Assembly: GCA_048013815.1 (NCBI GenBank) | Contig: CM106585.1 | Location: 3,286,001-3,350,000, forward strand | Direction: 5' to 3' | Origin: Setoptus koraiensis | Taxonomy: Eukaryota; Animalia; Arthropoda | DNA: 64,000 nucleotides | In this document: positions 1 to 10,158 of the stretch, in pieces | How positions within the stretch are numbered: position 1 is the stretch's first letter | Layout: the number at the start of each line of letters is the position of its first letter | The notes under the pieces: model-generated | The model's database searches: none | What the model was told of the DNA's origin: nothing | What the model saw: only the letters and a program-made list of their open reading frames with translations | Made by a program: the position numbers and the translations under genes

Positions 1-1309
1 GATCAGTGGAATTGACCAACATCTCTACAGGTTTCTGACCTAATTCGTGCGCTTTATCTAGCACCTTACCGGTGAATGTTTCATCTTCTTTGGAGCGCTT
101 CTCATCCTCCCTAGATCGCGACTTGTTTTCTCTCAGTTTCTCGTCCTCTCGCAACATTTTATCACCGTCCCCTTTATCGTCGTTTCCTTTGAACATTGAC
201 TCTATCGGCCTAGCTACGGTATTGATTGCAGACTTTGTCATGTTGTGTATGGCATCGCCTGTCGATAAAATAGGATTCCTCTTGCCATCTTTATCAAGAC
301 CTAGTAGGTGATCAGTGGAATTGACCAACATCTCTACAGGCTTTTGGCCCACTTCGTGCATTTTATCCAAAACTTTACCAGTGAATGTTTCATCATCTCT
401 CTTCTCACTCTCAGCGCCTCCTTTTGGCCTCTTTTCGTCTTCTTCTTTCTTACTTCTGCTGTCACTTTTTAGATCATTATTCTTCACAGTTCTATCCGAA
501 TTTGCGGATACGCTCGAACCCGAACCACTTGAACCAGTAGAGTAAGAATGTGCTGAAGCGCTAGAACCTGAATTGCCTGAGCCAGTAGAGTAAGAATGTG
601 CTGAAGCGCTTGAACCCGAACCGCCTGAACCTGAACCGCTTGAACCCGAACCGCCTGAACCAGTAGAGTAAGAATGTGCTGAAGCGCTTGAACCTGAACC
701 GCCTGAACCGGTAGCGCTAGATTGTGCTGAAGCGCTTGATTTTATAGTGCTGGCACCACTAAAGTGGTCGGATTTTCTATCTTCACTTCTTTCATCTTTC
801 TTCGCCTCCTCTTTCTTCTTATATCCATCTTCTTTAGAAGATTCTTTCTGATGATCATGCGAATCTGAATCAAATCTCATTGTACTGTTTGCTAGATCTT
901 CGATTGGTTTTGCAATCATGTCTATTGGGGCCTTAATTGTCTCATGTATTGCATCGGCAGTCTTCAGTATTGGATCGTTCTTCTTATCGCTATTAAACAA
1001 CTTATGCCCGGGTTCTAATATTTTTTCCAAAGGAACCTTGCCAATGTCATGTATTTTATCGAACACTCTGGCCGTTTGAGATTCATTGTTTCGCCTTTCA
1101 ATGGCATCGCCTTTGATAAGTGATTCCAATGGCCTCGCCATAGAGTCTATGGGCTTTTTGGCCATATCGTGCAACTTTTGCTCGGTGGTTACAAGGGAAT
1201 GATTGGTATCTTTTTTATCGAGTCCAACCAAATGATCGACGCGCTCCAGCATTGCGTCTCTTGGCCTCTTGACATAGTCATGATACTCGTCGAACAATTT
1301 TGCAGTTTC
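1..1309 (-). repeat. Four copies of a ~67-aa protein module in the giant ORF
   Basis: Copies at about 1309-1109, 1078-889, 390-184 and 81-<1, pattern K[VL]FD..H...K.P.E.....DHL.GLDK....P.L.T.D.IH...K.PI...ARP.E. Nucleotides 1-31 are identical to 310-340 (309-bp period). Confidence 0.8.
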
Positions 1310-4300
1310 TGTTTCGTTTTGCGTCTTTTCATGACCAATCTTCTTTTCTTGTTCATGTCCTTTTGGGAGCATCTCTTTAGTCTCTTTCAGTTTGTCCATC
1401 ATCTCTTCCTTCTTTTCATCAAATTTGTCATATTTTTGATGTTTATAACTGGTCTTGGAATCTGATTGACTTTCAATCTTCGCTGAAGCCACAGCCACAG
1501 TTGATCTGCTAGATGGCTCCTGAGTGGTCTTCGAAGAAGTGTCACTACTAGTGTCAATATTGCTCTTCATAGAGTTTTTTTCGGGATGCTGAGTAGTTGT
1601 AGACTCATCGCCCCGACTTGGCTGTCGAGTTGTACCAGTAGTAGCTTTATCAATAAATCTGCCTATCGGTTCAGTTATATTGCGCAATGCAGAAGACCTT
1701 GAATCAGACTCGCGAATTTCCCTTCTTGAACGGACGTTCGCCACCTGTAATGCGCTATTGGAGGTGATTGATCGCTTCCTTCTATCTTTGTGCAGTAATT
1801 TCTGCAATGGATCAGTCAATAGAGACAGAGGATTGTTGCCGTTGTCTTTCGAATGACTATTATCTTGTTTGTCTTTATTTTTGCTGATTTTCTCGATCGT
1901 GATGATAAGCTCTTGCTTCTTCTTTGTTCCTTTCTCCTCAGTCAAGCCCAATGGGCCGTCTTTATTGACCATCACGACGGGTTTTGGTCCAGGATTCAAC
2001 TTGTTGCGCTGCAGATCTTCAAGTTGCTTGCTCAGAGCATAGCTGCCTAATTGGTTTTCGAATTTGGGCATCTGTTGTGATTGAAGCTGTTGCTGTAAAA
2101 TTTGTTGTTGGAGCTGAACTTGTTTTAGTTGTAACTGCAATTGCTGTGTCGTTGGATCAATAGATTTGAGTTGCTGTAGTGGCTCCGGAGATACGTTTTT
2201 CGTTGGCACAACTTTCGCATTTGGAGCACTTCCGGTCAAACCAACACTGGCTGATAAAGATGGATTGAATTGAGGCGAAGCTGGCGTTTGTTGCTGTTGT
2301 GTCGGTTGCTGTTGCTGATTAGGAGCTTGCATTTGCTGCGGCTGATTTATGTTCCGCAACATTTTATTCGCGATCGACTCACTACCTGTTGATCCGAAAT
2401 TCACTGATGCTGAATCAGGGCCTGTTTGATGAGCCACTTGCATTTGGTGCTGATTCGTCGCTGAATTTGTTTGCGAAATTCCGTTGACTGAGACAGCCGT
2501 ATTTGAGCCTTTCGCTATTGCTGTTGCGGAACCGGAAGCTGCTGCGGCAGCGCCTGATTGCTGAGATGGCTGCAGTTGTTGTTGCTGCTGTTGTTGCATC
2601 GATTGGGAACCAGACGCCTGAACGGAGCTCCTTGGTGTTCCGGTTGGGCCAGATGATGATGGCGGTCTGTTTTGTTGCTGTTGATCTGCTACATTTGAGG
2701 AGCTTTGCTGATGAGAGGAAACTATATCGGATTTTGGGGGCTGATTGACTTCGGGCTGATTAGTTGCCAAGACACCGGTGATTGGCAACATTGTAGAAGA
2801 ATCTATTGAATTCTGAGACGACAGAGTGGTTGCCGATGGCGCTGATGGCGCACTCACGGAGCTCCTACTCGTACCGCTAGCTTCGAGATCGTGTTGCTGC
2901 GACATTGTGTTGAATATATTTTGACTTGCAATTGATTTGGGCAAATCATCTCGGATTTGGTTGAAAATTTCGTTGACTCGGTTGACTATGTTTGCGTTGG
3001 CTTGCGTCTGGTCTCCATTTGGACTACTCGAGGTAGCCACTTGAGCAGAAGCTGGCGACGGTGATGAGCTCGATGTAAGTTCCGGAGCGGCAGATCTAGA
3101 ACTTACAGAAAAATCGCCGTTCGTTGTTGCTGATGCCGTCTTAGATGACGATTGCTTGCCTTCGGACAGTTTATTATTGATCATATCTAATTTTCGTTTG
3201 ATAACATCCAAAGCTGGCTCAACTGATTGTTGGTTAGACGAGGACCCCACACTCATTGATTGTCGATTGTCTGAGTCAGCACTGACACTCGATTTGTTGG
3301 CACCTTGTTTCTCGTCACCTTCACCATTCATAGATGATTTCGAAGAGGACGAGCTAGACGAAGAACGATGATCATTGGAATTGTTGCTGTTCACCTCAAC
3401 TCCGTTTTTCCCACCATCGTCTGATTTTTTCTTCTTCTTTTTTGTCTTTTTTGATTGCTGCTCTTCGCTTTCCTCCTCTTCTGGATCTTTTCCACGATGT
3501 TTTTTATTGTATCGACGCTTGCCAATTGCTGATCTTTCCTCGTTGCTGTTATCTTCATTGTCAGAATCGTCTTCGTTCTCTTCATCGCTGTTGTTGTTGT
3601 TGCCATTCTCGACACCGTTTCTACTCGAATCTGTGTCTTGATTTTTATGATTTGATTTAGATTTTTTCTTTCCAGATTTCTTGCTATTTTGAGAGGCAGA
3701 GGCCTCTTGATGAGGATAGCCGCCTCCACCACCACCATCGTTACCGGAAACAGAAGAAGATCGAGCCGACGAGTCGGGTTGCTGCTTTTGCTGTTCGGAA
3801 ACCGCGGACTTGCTGGACCCGTTCTGGTCTTGTTGCTGCTGGTTTTGGATATTTCCACCACGACCGCTACCGCTTTTACCTAGCGAATCGACAGTGTTTT
3901 TCGCAGCACCTGTTATATCACTCAACGAATCCAAAGTTTTAGCACCGGCGCCCAACATTCCCGTCATTCCGCCCATGATGGTTGATATTGCCTGAAATGG
4001 ATTCACAACTATATTAGATAACGTGTCTATGGTGTCACGCTTATACCGACAACAATCTGACCTTTTTTCTGTCAAATTGCTATCATTGGTGTCACTAGTA
4101 ATAATAAGCTGTTGCAAAGTTAGTAATGCTGATGATAAGGACGACGGCGACGACAACGACGACAATGACGACACTGACAATGGTGATGATTTAGATGATG
4201 ATACAGTTGTTGATATTGATGCTGCTGTTAGTGATGGTTTAGACGAAGATGAAATCGGACGATATGATGAATAATGTCGGAAAACACTACGTTTGTGGGA

Positions 4301-6376
4301 GTTTATACTACTATCGTGTTTAGCATGATGCGACTGTTGATCAGGTTTTCGCTTCTTCTGCTGGTGATGGTGAAATAACCCATCATTGTGGCCACTTGCA
4401 AGTGGATTCATTTTTGAGGACGATTCGCCATCTTCTACAGCGAATGACATCAACGTTATTGTGGCACTCAATTTGGCAGTTTTGTTGTCGTCACCATCAT
4501 CATTATCGCCAAAATCGTCTTTCTGACTCCTATCAGCATCTAAAGCAATAGCATCAATATTTGTGTCTCTATGATCCATCGAGCTCAGAGGACGAAAGCC
4601 ATTTTGCTTATTTAGATTAAACAAGTGAGTATCATCAGCATTATCAAAGCCGTAGTCGCCATTGTTGTTGTTGCTGTCATGGTCGTCATGCTTAGAAACA
4701 GAAATTTGCGGCAATGAGCCTATTGAACCTACTATTTTAACGGGTTTGGATTTGTACAATCCGACACTTTCTGGAGAAAAATTCATTTTCTTAATAGATG
4801 AGGTCCTCTTATTTTTAAACGGTCGTCTGCTGCTGAATAAATTAGGTTTATCATCAGAGAAAAGATGTCTCAGGCACGTGAGCGCCAACGATCTCTCCGA
4901 AGAATACGTTTTGGAATATCGGCTTTTTGCTATCAAATTTAGATGATATTCGAGCCATTCGTTGCTACTACTGGGACCGTTCTTGTTTGCATAAAACATT
5001 TTTCTATTATCACCCCTCTTGCCTGTCAAATCGACCAGTTTTCTACACAAAATTTTTATCTCTTCTTTCGCTTGTTCACCCTTGATTTTTTTGTAACTTT
5101 GCTTCTTCGCGAAATTCCTCGTCTCGGGCAACAAAAAACTGTGATAGTCTCCTCTCTGAGAACTAAGTGTGTTCGTTGTTAAGCTTATAAGCTGAGATTG
5201 AATCGGCTCGATGAGCTTACCGCCGAACATCATAATCCTAGAGTGTCCATCATCAGTCTTTTTGCCATCACCAATATAGTTATCAATATCAAAAACATAA
5301 CCTCTATCATCATTATCATCCATAGAATTGTCTGATATAAAACTGTAACTAAATTTAGATGGCATTTCCAATGTGTCATCGCGTCGTCGTTGCTGCTGCT
5401 GTCTGATAAGATTGCTGTTACTCGCACTTACAGGTAAATTCAATTTTTGTCCATCGCCTACAATCTGTTGCGTCTGAGCGGTTTTCTTAATTGGGTCCGC
5501 AACAGTAACAAAAACTTGCACATTTGCATGACCAATCTGCTTTTTCAATCGTTCCTCGGCATCCTTTAGACCTTGAGTCTGTTCTGCGTTGACTTGTTGC
5601 TTATCACCACCAGTGGCGGTTGTCGACAACTTACCGTCAACAGAAGGAGGCAAACTCGATGAAGATTCGCCAAAAGAACTTTTAGCTGATGCCGAGACGC
5701 CATTGACGCTGCTAGATACCTGTTGCTGGGGTTGTAATAGTGATTGTTGTGATCCTTGTTGAAGCTGCAACCCATTATTGTTGGATGATTGACCCTGTAA
5801 TTCAGCGCCACTTTGCGGAACATTGTTGACATTGTTTGTGACGGCATTGTTGCTAACGTTGCTCTGTCCACTGATTGGATAATAATTTGATTTACTGTCG
5901 TTTTTATCTTTATTGGCACTTGTCTCGGGCGCCGTTGTTGTGGTGCTTGGCTTGTTACCACCATCAAAAATATTGTCTATAGCTTTGATGAATGGATTTT
6001 TGTTTTCGCCTCCCTTGTCGGATTCTTTATTTTTATTGTCTTTGTTGCCAAATCCAAATAAATTGCCAAGATCAAATGAACGCTTGAATCTAGCATTAAT
6101 CGATATCTTTTCACTTAAACTAGAATCTTGCAACTGCTCTTGATCGCATTGAGCATAATTTACTAATGTACACAGCCATAAACTAGCTAGTAGAGCTAAC
6201 CCTATCGAGGTTGCTTGTAAATTCTTCTTACGATGGACAAAACTTATATTAGTAACCTCTTTTGAGAATAATTTGTTGCACAATGTTTTATTCTTGACGA
6301 AACCCATTGAGTGATGCTCAGGTTCACGGGCCTCACTTTCACTTCCGCCATCGCTAAAGTTACTGATAGTGAACAT
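1..6376 (-). CDS. Giant single-exon ORF (at least 2125 aa, 3' end outside the window); putative secreted, repeat-rich precursor protein
   Basis: ATG at 6376 after in-frame TAA/TGA. Manual translation MFTISNFSDGG...STD finds no stop to position 1, and the ORF track lists no minus-strand ORF in this frame, as expected if there is no stop. Hydrophobic SIGLALLASLWLCTLVNYAQC near the N-terminus; RFKR, RYKR, RRKR and RSRR sites; Q/S/N-rich segments and internal repeats. Confidence 0.85.
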   Translation of the reverse strand, partial: MFTISNFSDGGSESEAREPEHHSMGFVKNKTLCNKLFSKEVTNISFVHRKKNLQATSIGLALLASLWLCTLVNYAQCDQEQLQDSSLSEKISINARFKRSFDLGNLFGFGNKDNKNKESDKGGENKNPFIKAIDNIFDGGNKPSTTTTAPETSANKDKNDSKSNYYPISGQSNVSNNAVTNNVNNVPQSGAELQGQSSNNNGLQLQQGSQQSLLQPQQQVSSSVNGVSASAKSSFGESSSSLPPSVDGKLSTTATGGDKQQVNAEQTQGLKDAEERLKKQIGHANVQVFVTVADPIKKTAQTQQIVGDGQKLNLPVSASNSNLIRQQQQRRRDDTLEMPSKFSYSFISDNSMDDNDDRGYVFDIDNYIGDGKKTDDGHSRIMMFGGKLIEPIQSQLISLTTNTLSSQRGDYHSFLLPETRNFAKKQSYKKIKGEQAKEEIKILCRKLVDLTGKRGDNRKMFYANKNGPSSSNEWLEYHLNLIAKSRYSKTYSSERSLALTCLRHLFSDDKPNLFSSRRPFKNKRTSSIKKMNFSPESVGLYKSKPVKIVGSIGSLPQISVSKHDDHDSNNNNGDYGFDNADDTHLFNLNKQNGFRPLSSMDHRDTNIDAIALDADRSQKDDFGDNDDGDDNKTAKLSATITLMSFAVEDGESSSKMNPLASGHNDGLFHHHQQKKRKPDQQSHHAKHDSSINSHKRSVFRHYSSYRPISSSSKPSLTAASISTTVSSSKSSPLSVSSLSSLSSPSSLSSALLTLQQLIITSDTNDSNLTEKRSDCCRYKRDTIDTLSNIVVNPFQAISTIMGGMTGMLGAGAKTLDSLSDITGAAKNTVDSLGKSGSGRGGNIQNQQQQDQNGSSKSAVSEQQKQQPDSSARSSSVSGNDGGGGGGYPHQEASASQNSKKSGKKKSKSNHKNQDTDSSRNGVENGNNNNSDEENEDDSDNEDNSNEERSAIGKRRYNKKHRGKDPEEEESEEQQSKKTKKKKKKSDDGGKNGVEVNSNNSNDHRSSSSSSSSKSSMNGEGDEKQGANKSSVSADSDNRQSMSVGSSSNQQSVEPALDVIKRKLDMINNKLSEGKQSSSKTASATTNGDFSVSSRSAAPELTSSSSPSPASAQVATSSSPNGDQTQANANIVNRVNEIFNQIRDDLPKSIASQNIFNTMSQQHDLEASGTSRSSVSAPSAPSATTLSSQNSIDSSTMLPITGVLATNQPEVNQPPKSDIVSSHQQSSSNVADQQQQNRPPSSSGPTGTPRSSVQASGSQSMQQQQQQQLQPSQQSGAAAAASGSATAIAKGSNTAVSVNGISQTNSATNQHQMQVAHQTGPDSASVNFGSTGSESIANKMLRNINQPQQMQAPNQQQQPTQQQQTPASPQFNPSLSASVGLTGSAPNAKVVPTKNVSPEPLQQLKSIDPTTQQLQLQLKQVQLQQQILQQQLQSQQMPKFENQLGSYALSKQLEDLQRNKLNPGPKPVVMVNKDGPLGLTEEKGTKKKQELIITIEKISKNKDKQDNSHSKDNGNNPLSLLTDPLQKLLHKDRRKRSITSNSALQVANVRSRREIRESDSRSSALRNITEPIGRFIDKATTGTTRQPSRGDESTTTQHPEKNSMKSNIDTSSDTSSKTTQEPSSRSTVAVASAKIESQSDSKTSYKHQKYDKFDEKKEEMMDKLKETKEMLPKGHEQEKKIGHEKTQNETETAKLFDEYHDYVKRPRDAMLERVDHLVGLDKKDTNHSLVTTEQKLHDMAKKPIDSMARPLESLIKGDAIERRNNESQTARVFDKIHDIGKVPLEKILEPGHKLFNSDKKNDPILKTADAIHETIKAPIDMIAKPIEDLANSTMRFDSDSHDHQKESSKEDGYKKKEEAKKDERSEDRKSDHFSGASTIKSSASAQSSATGSGGSGSSASAHSYSTGSGGSGSSGSGSGGSGSSASAHSYSTGSGNSGSSASAHSYSTGSSGSGSSVSANSDRTVKNNDLKSDSRSKKEEDEKRPKGGAESEKRDDETFTGKVLDKMHEVGQKPVEMLVNSTDHLLGLDKDGKRNPILSTGDAIHNMTKSAINTVARPIESMFKGNDDKGDGDKMLREDEKLRENKSRSREDEKRSKEDETFTGKVLDKAHELGQKPVEMLVNSTD
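517..750 (-). repeat. Gly/Ser-rich tandem coding repeat (GSGGSGSSASAHSYST)
   Basis: The 25-mer tagagtaagaatgtgctgaagcgct occurs at 538, 586 and 664, with a variant near 713. It is interspersed with gaacc(c/t)gaaccgc units. Confidence 0.9.
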
Positions 6377-8293
6377 GATCACAATGCTAGATCATTATAG
6401 ATTTGCAAATTACTTTTTTCTGGCTAGTTTTCGGTGAAATTTGTACAAATTTTCGGTTGGTGCATGAAATTTTTCGTTGTTTGTATAGAGCTTTTGGACG
6501 CAGCAATCGCAGCATTAACAACCATCTGCAACTGGGCTAATTTATAGGTAGATTCCTAGCTCTTTCTACACTCTATCAATAATAGTGCTCTCAACTGTAG
6601 CAATTCGTTAAAAAAATAGTGTGAGCACTTGGTTGTACCTTTCACATTTAGTTAGATTACTGTAGATGTCCATGCTCAATGCTGCGAAGAAATTAATCAA
6701 TGATACAAAAAATACCAACGAAAGTACTTCATTTTTGCTTTCATCGATTTCAAACTTCCCACTGAGATGTATCAAATTTCTCGATTAACTAGGAATTGAA
6801 TGAAGTTATCCACTTCAATCTTGTTCAATCTTGTAGGCTCAATGTATATTCAAAGCTTGTATATCACGAAACAAGGTTCGGATATGCGAGTGACGTACTT
6901 TTCTGCCACCATCCACAGATCAAAACTACACAGATAAGTAATTATCGCTCGGATAGCTGAGCAGTCTGCTTAGCGATCATTTGAACTGTTGAAATGGGCT
7001 CCTGGCAGAAAACTTATTCACCTTAACAAGTAGTCTTTAGCGAAGTTATGGTGCACGAATTCGCTCCAAATCGGACAAATCGTGAATCTGTACTGATATC
7101 CTATGAAGAACTCGTTGCCTAATACATATTCTATTTGCCACAGAGAATACGACTTAAGTCCTCCTTCTGTTTAACATTTTGTTTCTGTTAGACATCACTT
7201 GGTATGTCGTAGATGGTTTAGTTGTTCTCAGTTGACTGCAGACTCTTTTTGAGAGTACTTTCATTGCATACTATAAATGAAGATGCATCTTCAATTAGGA
7301 AAATTCAATGTGAAAAACTAGCACTTGATTATTTTGATTCTTCTCTCTTCGATGATGCAATGTTCGAAAGTTTTTCGTGAGCAAAAACACTCACACCATC
7401 GATAATTGAACGAGAACCCAATTTATATTGACGGACGCAGAGCTGATGACTTATAACGGATAGTTTTCATCGCTATTTTCTAACGGTTGCTTTGCAGTTT
7501 CACTAAATCTATACATGGATTAATCTCCTCTAGAACTGAACTTGATCAAGCATTTATGTATAAGCGTATTCAATTACTAATCTAAGCTAGAAACAACTCT
7601 GTTCGGACAAACAAGGAGAATAAAACTGACTGGGTGATGGTGGATATGTTCAGATTTTGCCAGATCTGGAATAATGAATAGTCTTATAGAATCTGAATGT
7701 GCTCAATTTATTTACCATCATTAACTTTATGCTGAGCTAAAAATGTTGGTGGAGCCTCAAGGAAACACAGTTAAATGTTTGCAATTTCACGACGGGAGAA
7801 GAGTCACCACCGCATTAGAGTCATTGATAGATGAATGGAGAGTCATACGAACGAGTTCGAAAAAGTCCAAGTGTCGGTGATTGCGAAACGTCAGAGACAA
7901 AATTGGATTTAGAAAGAGATACCTATGTACTATGCGCATACATACGACTGCGCACACTAGAATTCGAAATGGTGTTCAAGCGAAAGAAGGATCCTACCCT
8001 ATTTGGCTTGATTTCCGGAAATTGGAGGAAATTTTATTGATAAATATCACACACTTACTGCATCCCACTGTGTTAAACCTTTGACAACCTTTGCGAGACC
8101 AACTCCCATCAGCACCGCCGATTATGATCCACGAAAACGTGATCCTTATGAGCAGAGGCAACGAAATCAGTTTAAAATTGATCAAGAACGAGTGGAGATT
8201 AGTGTACCAGCCAAAATGGTTTATACTCGTGGTTTAAACCATAAGGACTTTCTGCCACTTTCTACCAATACTGGTAGAAACGGTATAAAGGGT

Positions 8294-8838
8294 TTATACT
8301 CTAGCAGAAAGTGTTGAAAACCTCGATTTTCTTCTATTTCGACCATGGAGGGAAGTGACAAAAAGTCGTTTCTGCCAAATGAGAGAGGTAGAAATGGCAG
8401 AAAGCGGTCTAGACCATTGAGTTCGTACCGGCACACTAGTAAAGATATCACCATCCACATCTACGCCGAATGAAACGTTCATCAGATCCCAAGTTTTAGC
8501 GCAGTTATCGATTGTTTTTGCGATCCAAGTCTCCGGTTTGTCTTGACTCGCTTGCGGGGTCCTCCTCCAGTTTTGCTCGAGCGCTCAAGCGATTGATGTT
8601 TGTCAGCCTTTTGCTTCATATTATCATATTGTTTCTTCAGAGATTCAGCTGATCTTATGCAACCGATCGCCTTCATAGTGAACGCTTGCGTGACATGAAG
8701 CTTCATGCTTTTTTTTTTCACTGATTTCGTATCATTAGATCTTGCATTAATGATTGGTCGCTCGCGAATCAAGTCTGCAAGGAGATCTCTCTCACCTTCG
8801 ATGTAATTGCTACCTCTCTCTTTTTCTTTTCTATCCAT
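8294..8838 (-). pseudogene. Myb/SANT-like DNA-binding protein remnant (type associated with PIF/Harbinger elements), probably frameshifted
   Basis: RGSNYIEGERDLLADLI...RSAESLKKQYDNMKQKA...KTGGGP matches the Myb/SANT-like pattern R..NF..E...LL.L...R....LK..Y.N.K....KTGGGP. A second frame continues with ...FGVDVDGD. Confidence 0.65.
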
Positions 8839-9026
8839 TTCTGGTTCTCAATATTTTCGACAATTATGCAAGTAATTGATGTATCTGTTTCTTTAAGAAT
8901 GTTATAGAGCTCAGAAAGCAAGAGTAACGCGTGCGTTACCTGATTTTCCACGTGCTTTATGATCAGGACCCGCGAAGAACAAAAGAAGAAGACGCACTAT
9001 GTTAGGGCCTTTGTATTGAAATAGAC

Positions 9027-9286
9027 TGTTGAGATGGCTTCATATTTTGAGTATTCTTTTATTTATATGAAAACTGAAGCTTGATTATAATGTCTTGGTG
9101 GTATTTATATGAAATTCTTGGATAAAAATAATTTGTATAACAACTGTCTTGGCTATTAATAGTTTGGCTAAATATAGAAGTGTAAATTGGGTCAGTGTTG
9201 ATAATTGGATGTCACGGTGAACTTCCTGTGCTGACCCTTGTAAAGCGCCACGATGAGGCGACTGATGGAGACATGATAGTCCAACA
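9027..9286 (-). mobile_element. 3' LTR (260 bp) of a minus-strand LTR retrotransposon
   Basis: TGTTG...CAACA termini, internal TATAAATA and AATAAA. Immediately preceded on the minus strand by the polypurine tract GAAGGGGAG (9295-9287), with no PBS after it. Confidence 0.75.
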
Positions 9287-9332
9287 CTCCCCTTCATGAC
9301 GTAATTCTGTGGCGTTCATCGATGTAGATACA

Positions 9333-9811
9333 TTAGTGTCTTTTTGTATGAAACATTGAGTAGATGGTTTCATCCTCGAGTTGTTTGTTCTCAAATAGGG
9401 TTTCATCCATCGTCATGCAGTGGGCAATTCTCGAAGTAAAATTGGCTTGAGTTGCTCCTGTCGTTAATAAGTCGCGATAAATATTTTTGTGTGCTAATTT
9501 GCCATGACAATGGCAGTTAAATGCAAGTTTGGTTAGGATGCATCCAGATGCGATGAGTTGGGCGTAGTGAGGCCTTGACCAGTCGTCATGATGTGATTCA
9601 TAGCAGAGGTAGTGTGAAGCTGTTTCAAATAAATCCAACTGTCTTGCATACTGGGCTGATTTATCCTCCGCCGGACAGTCCGAGTTTGGATAGTTGTGGA
9701 CTTGCCTTAGCTTGTTTTCCTTGACTATTGGGACGGTCTCGTCGGAAGAATCACAAGGACAGTCGATTTTCGTCCTTGCCAATGCGCACGAGAGAGTTAC
9801 AGCGTAGTGTC
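9333..9811 (-). CDS. 5'-truncated Cys/His-rich orphan ORF upstream of the polypurine tract
   Basis: About 159 open codons ending in TAA at 9333. The ORF-track start (9854) lies inside the neighbouring copia LTR, so the real 5' part was cut off by that insertion. No RT, RNase H or integrase motifs. Confidence 0.4.
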
Positions 9812-10050
9812 TGTTGGTTATAATGGTGTGTGCAGCATTGCGCTGTGCATGCATTGGCAGTCTCGACTATGGCGCCAACGATCACGCTCGATACACAACT
9901 TGCAGTTGCATCCAATAGAAGCAATGCAAGAGGTTCAACCGTTTTTCTTGTGTGAGCCAATTGATAATAATTTCAATCAGTATGAGATTGTACACCAAAA
10001 GAGATACACAAATAAATAAGCTTTACATATATAAAACTATAACTCTAACA
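9812..10050 (+). repeat. 5' LTR of the copia element (239 bp)
   Basis: Starts TGTTGGTTATA, ends TATAACTCTAACA, AATAAA near 10012, directly followed by the PBS. Confidence 0.75.
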
Positions 10051-10064
10051 GGTTATGGGCCCAG
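10051..10064 (+). promoter_or_regulatory. Primer-binding site GGTTATGGGCCCAG (internal/half tRNA-iMet type)
   Basis: Directly abuts the LTR-terminal CA and matches the PBS known from Drosophila copia. Confidence 0.85.
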
Positions 10065-10158
10065 AGCACAATTAATTAATTGACTGACTAATCGCAGACA
10101 ATTATAATTGAACAATAGAAATATATAAGAATCGAAAGTCTTATATATTAAATTGAAA

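Noticed and set aside
72-6143. Short plus-strand and alternative-frame ORFs over the giant gene
   Set aside because: Antisense or shifted-frame shadows of the long minus-strand ORF.
6420-8290. Possible pseudogene or Harbinger transposase in the AT-rich region between the giant ORF and the Myb remnant
   Set aside because: A protein-looking minus frame near 6600-7160 has about as many stops as expected by chance, and no DDE motifs were found.
9540-9600. CYESHHDDWSRPHYAQLI resembling the rolling-circle Rep motif II or densovirus NS1
   Set aside because: The motif is H-Y-A, not H-u-H or H-u-Q, and no motif I/III or helicase is recognisable. Resemblance only.
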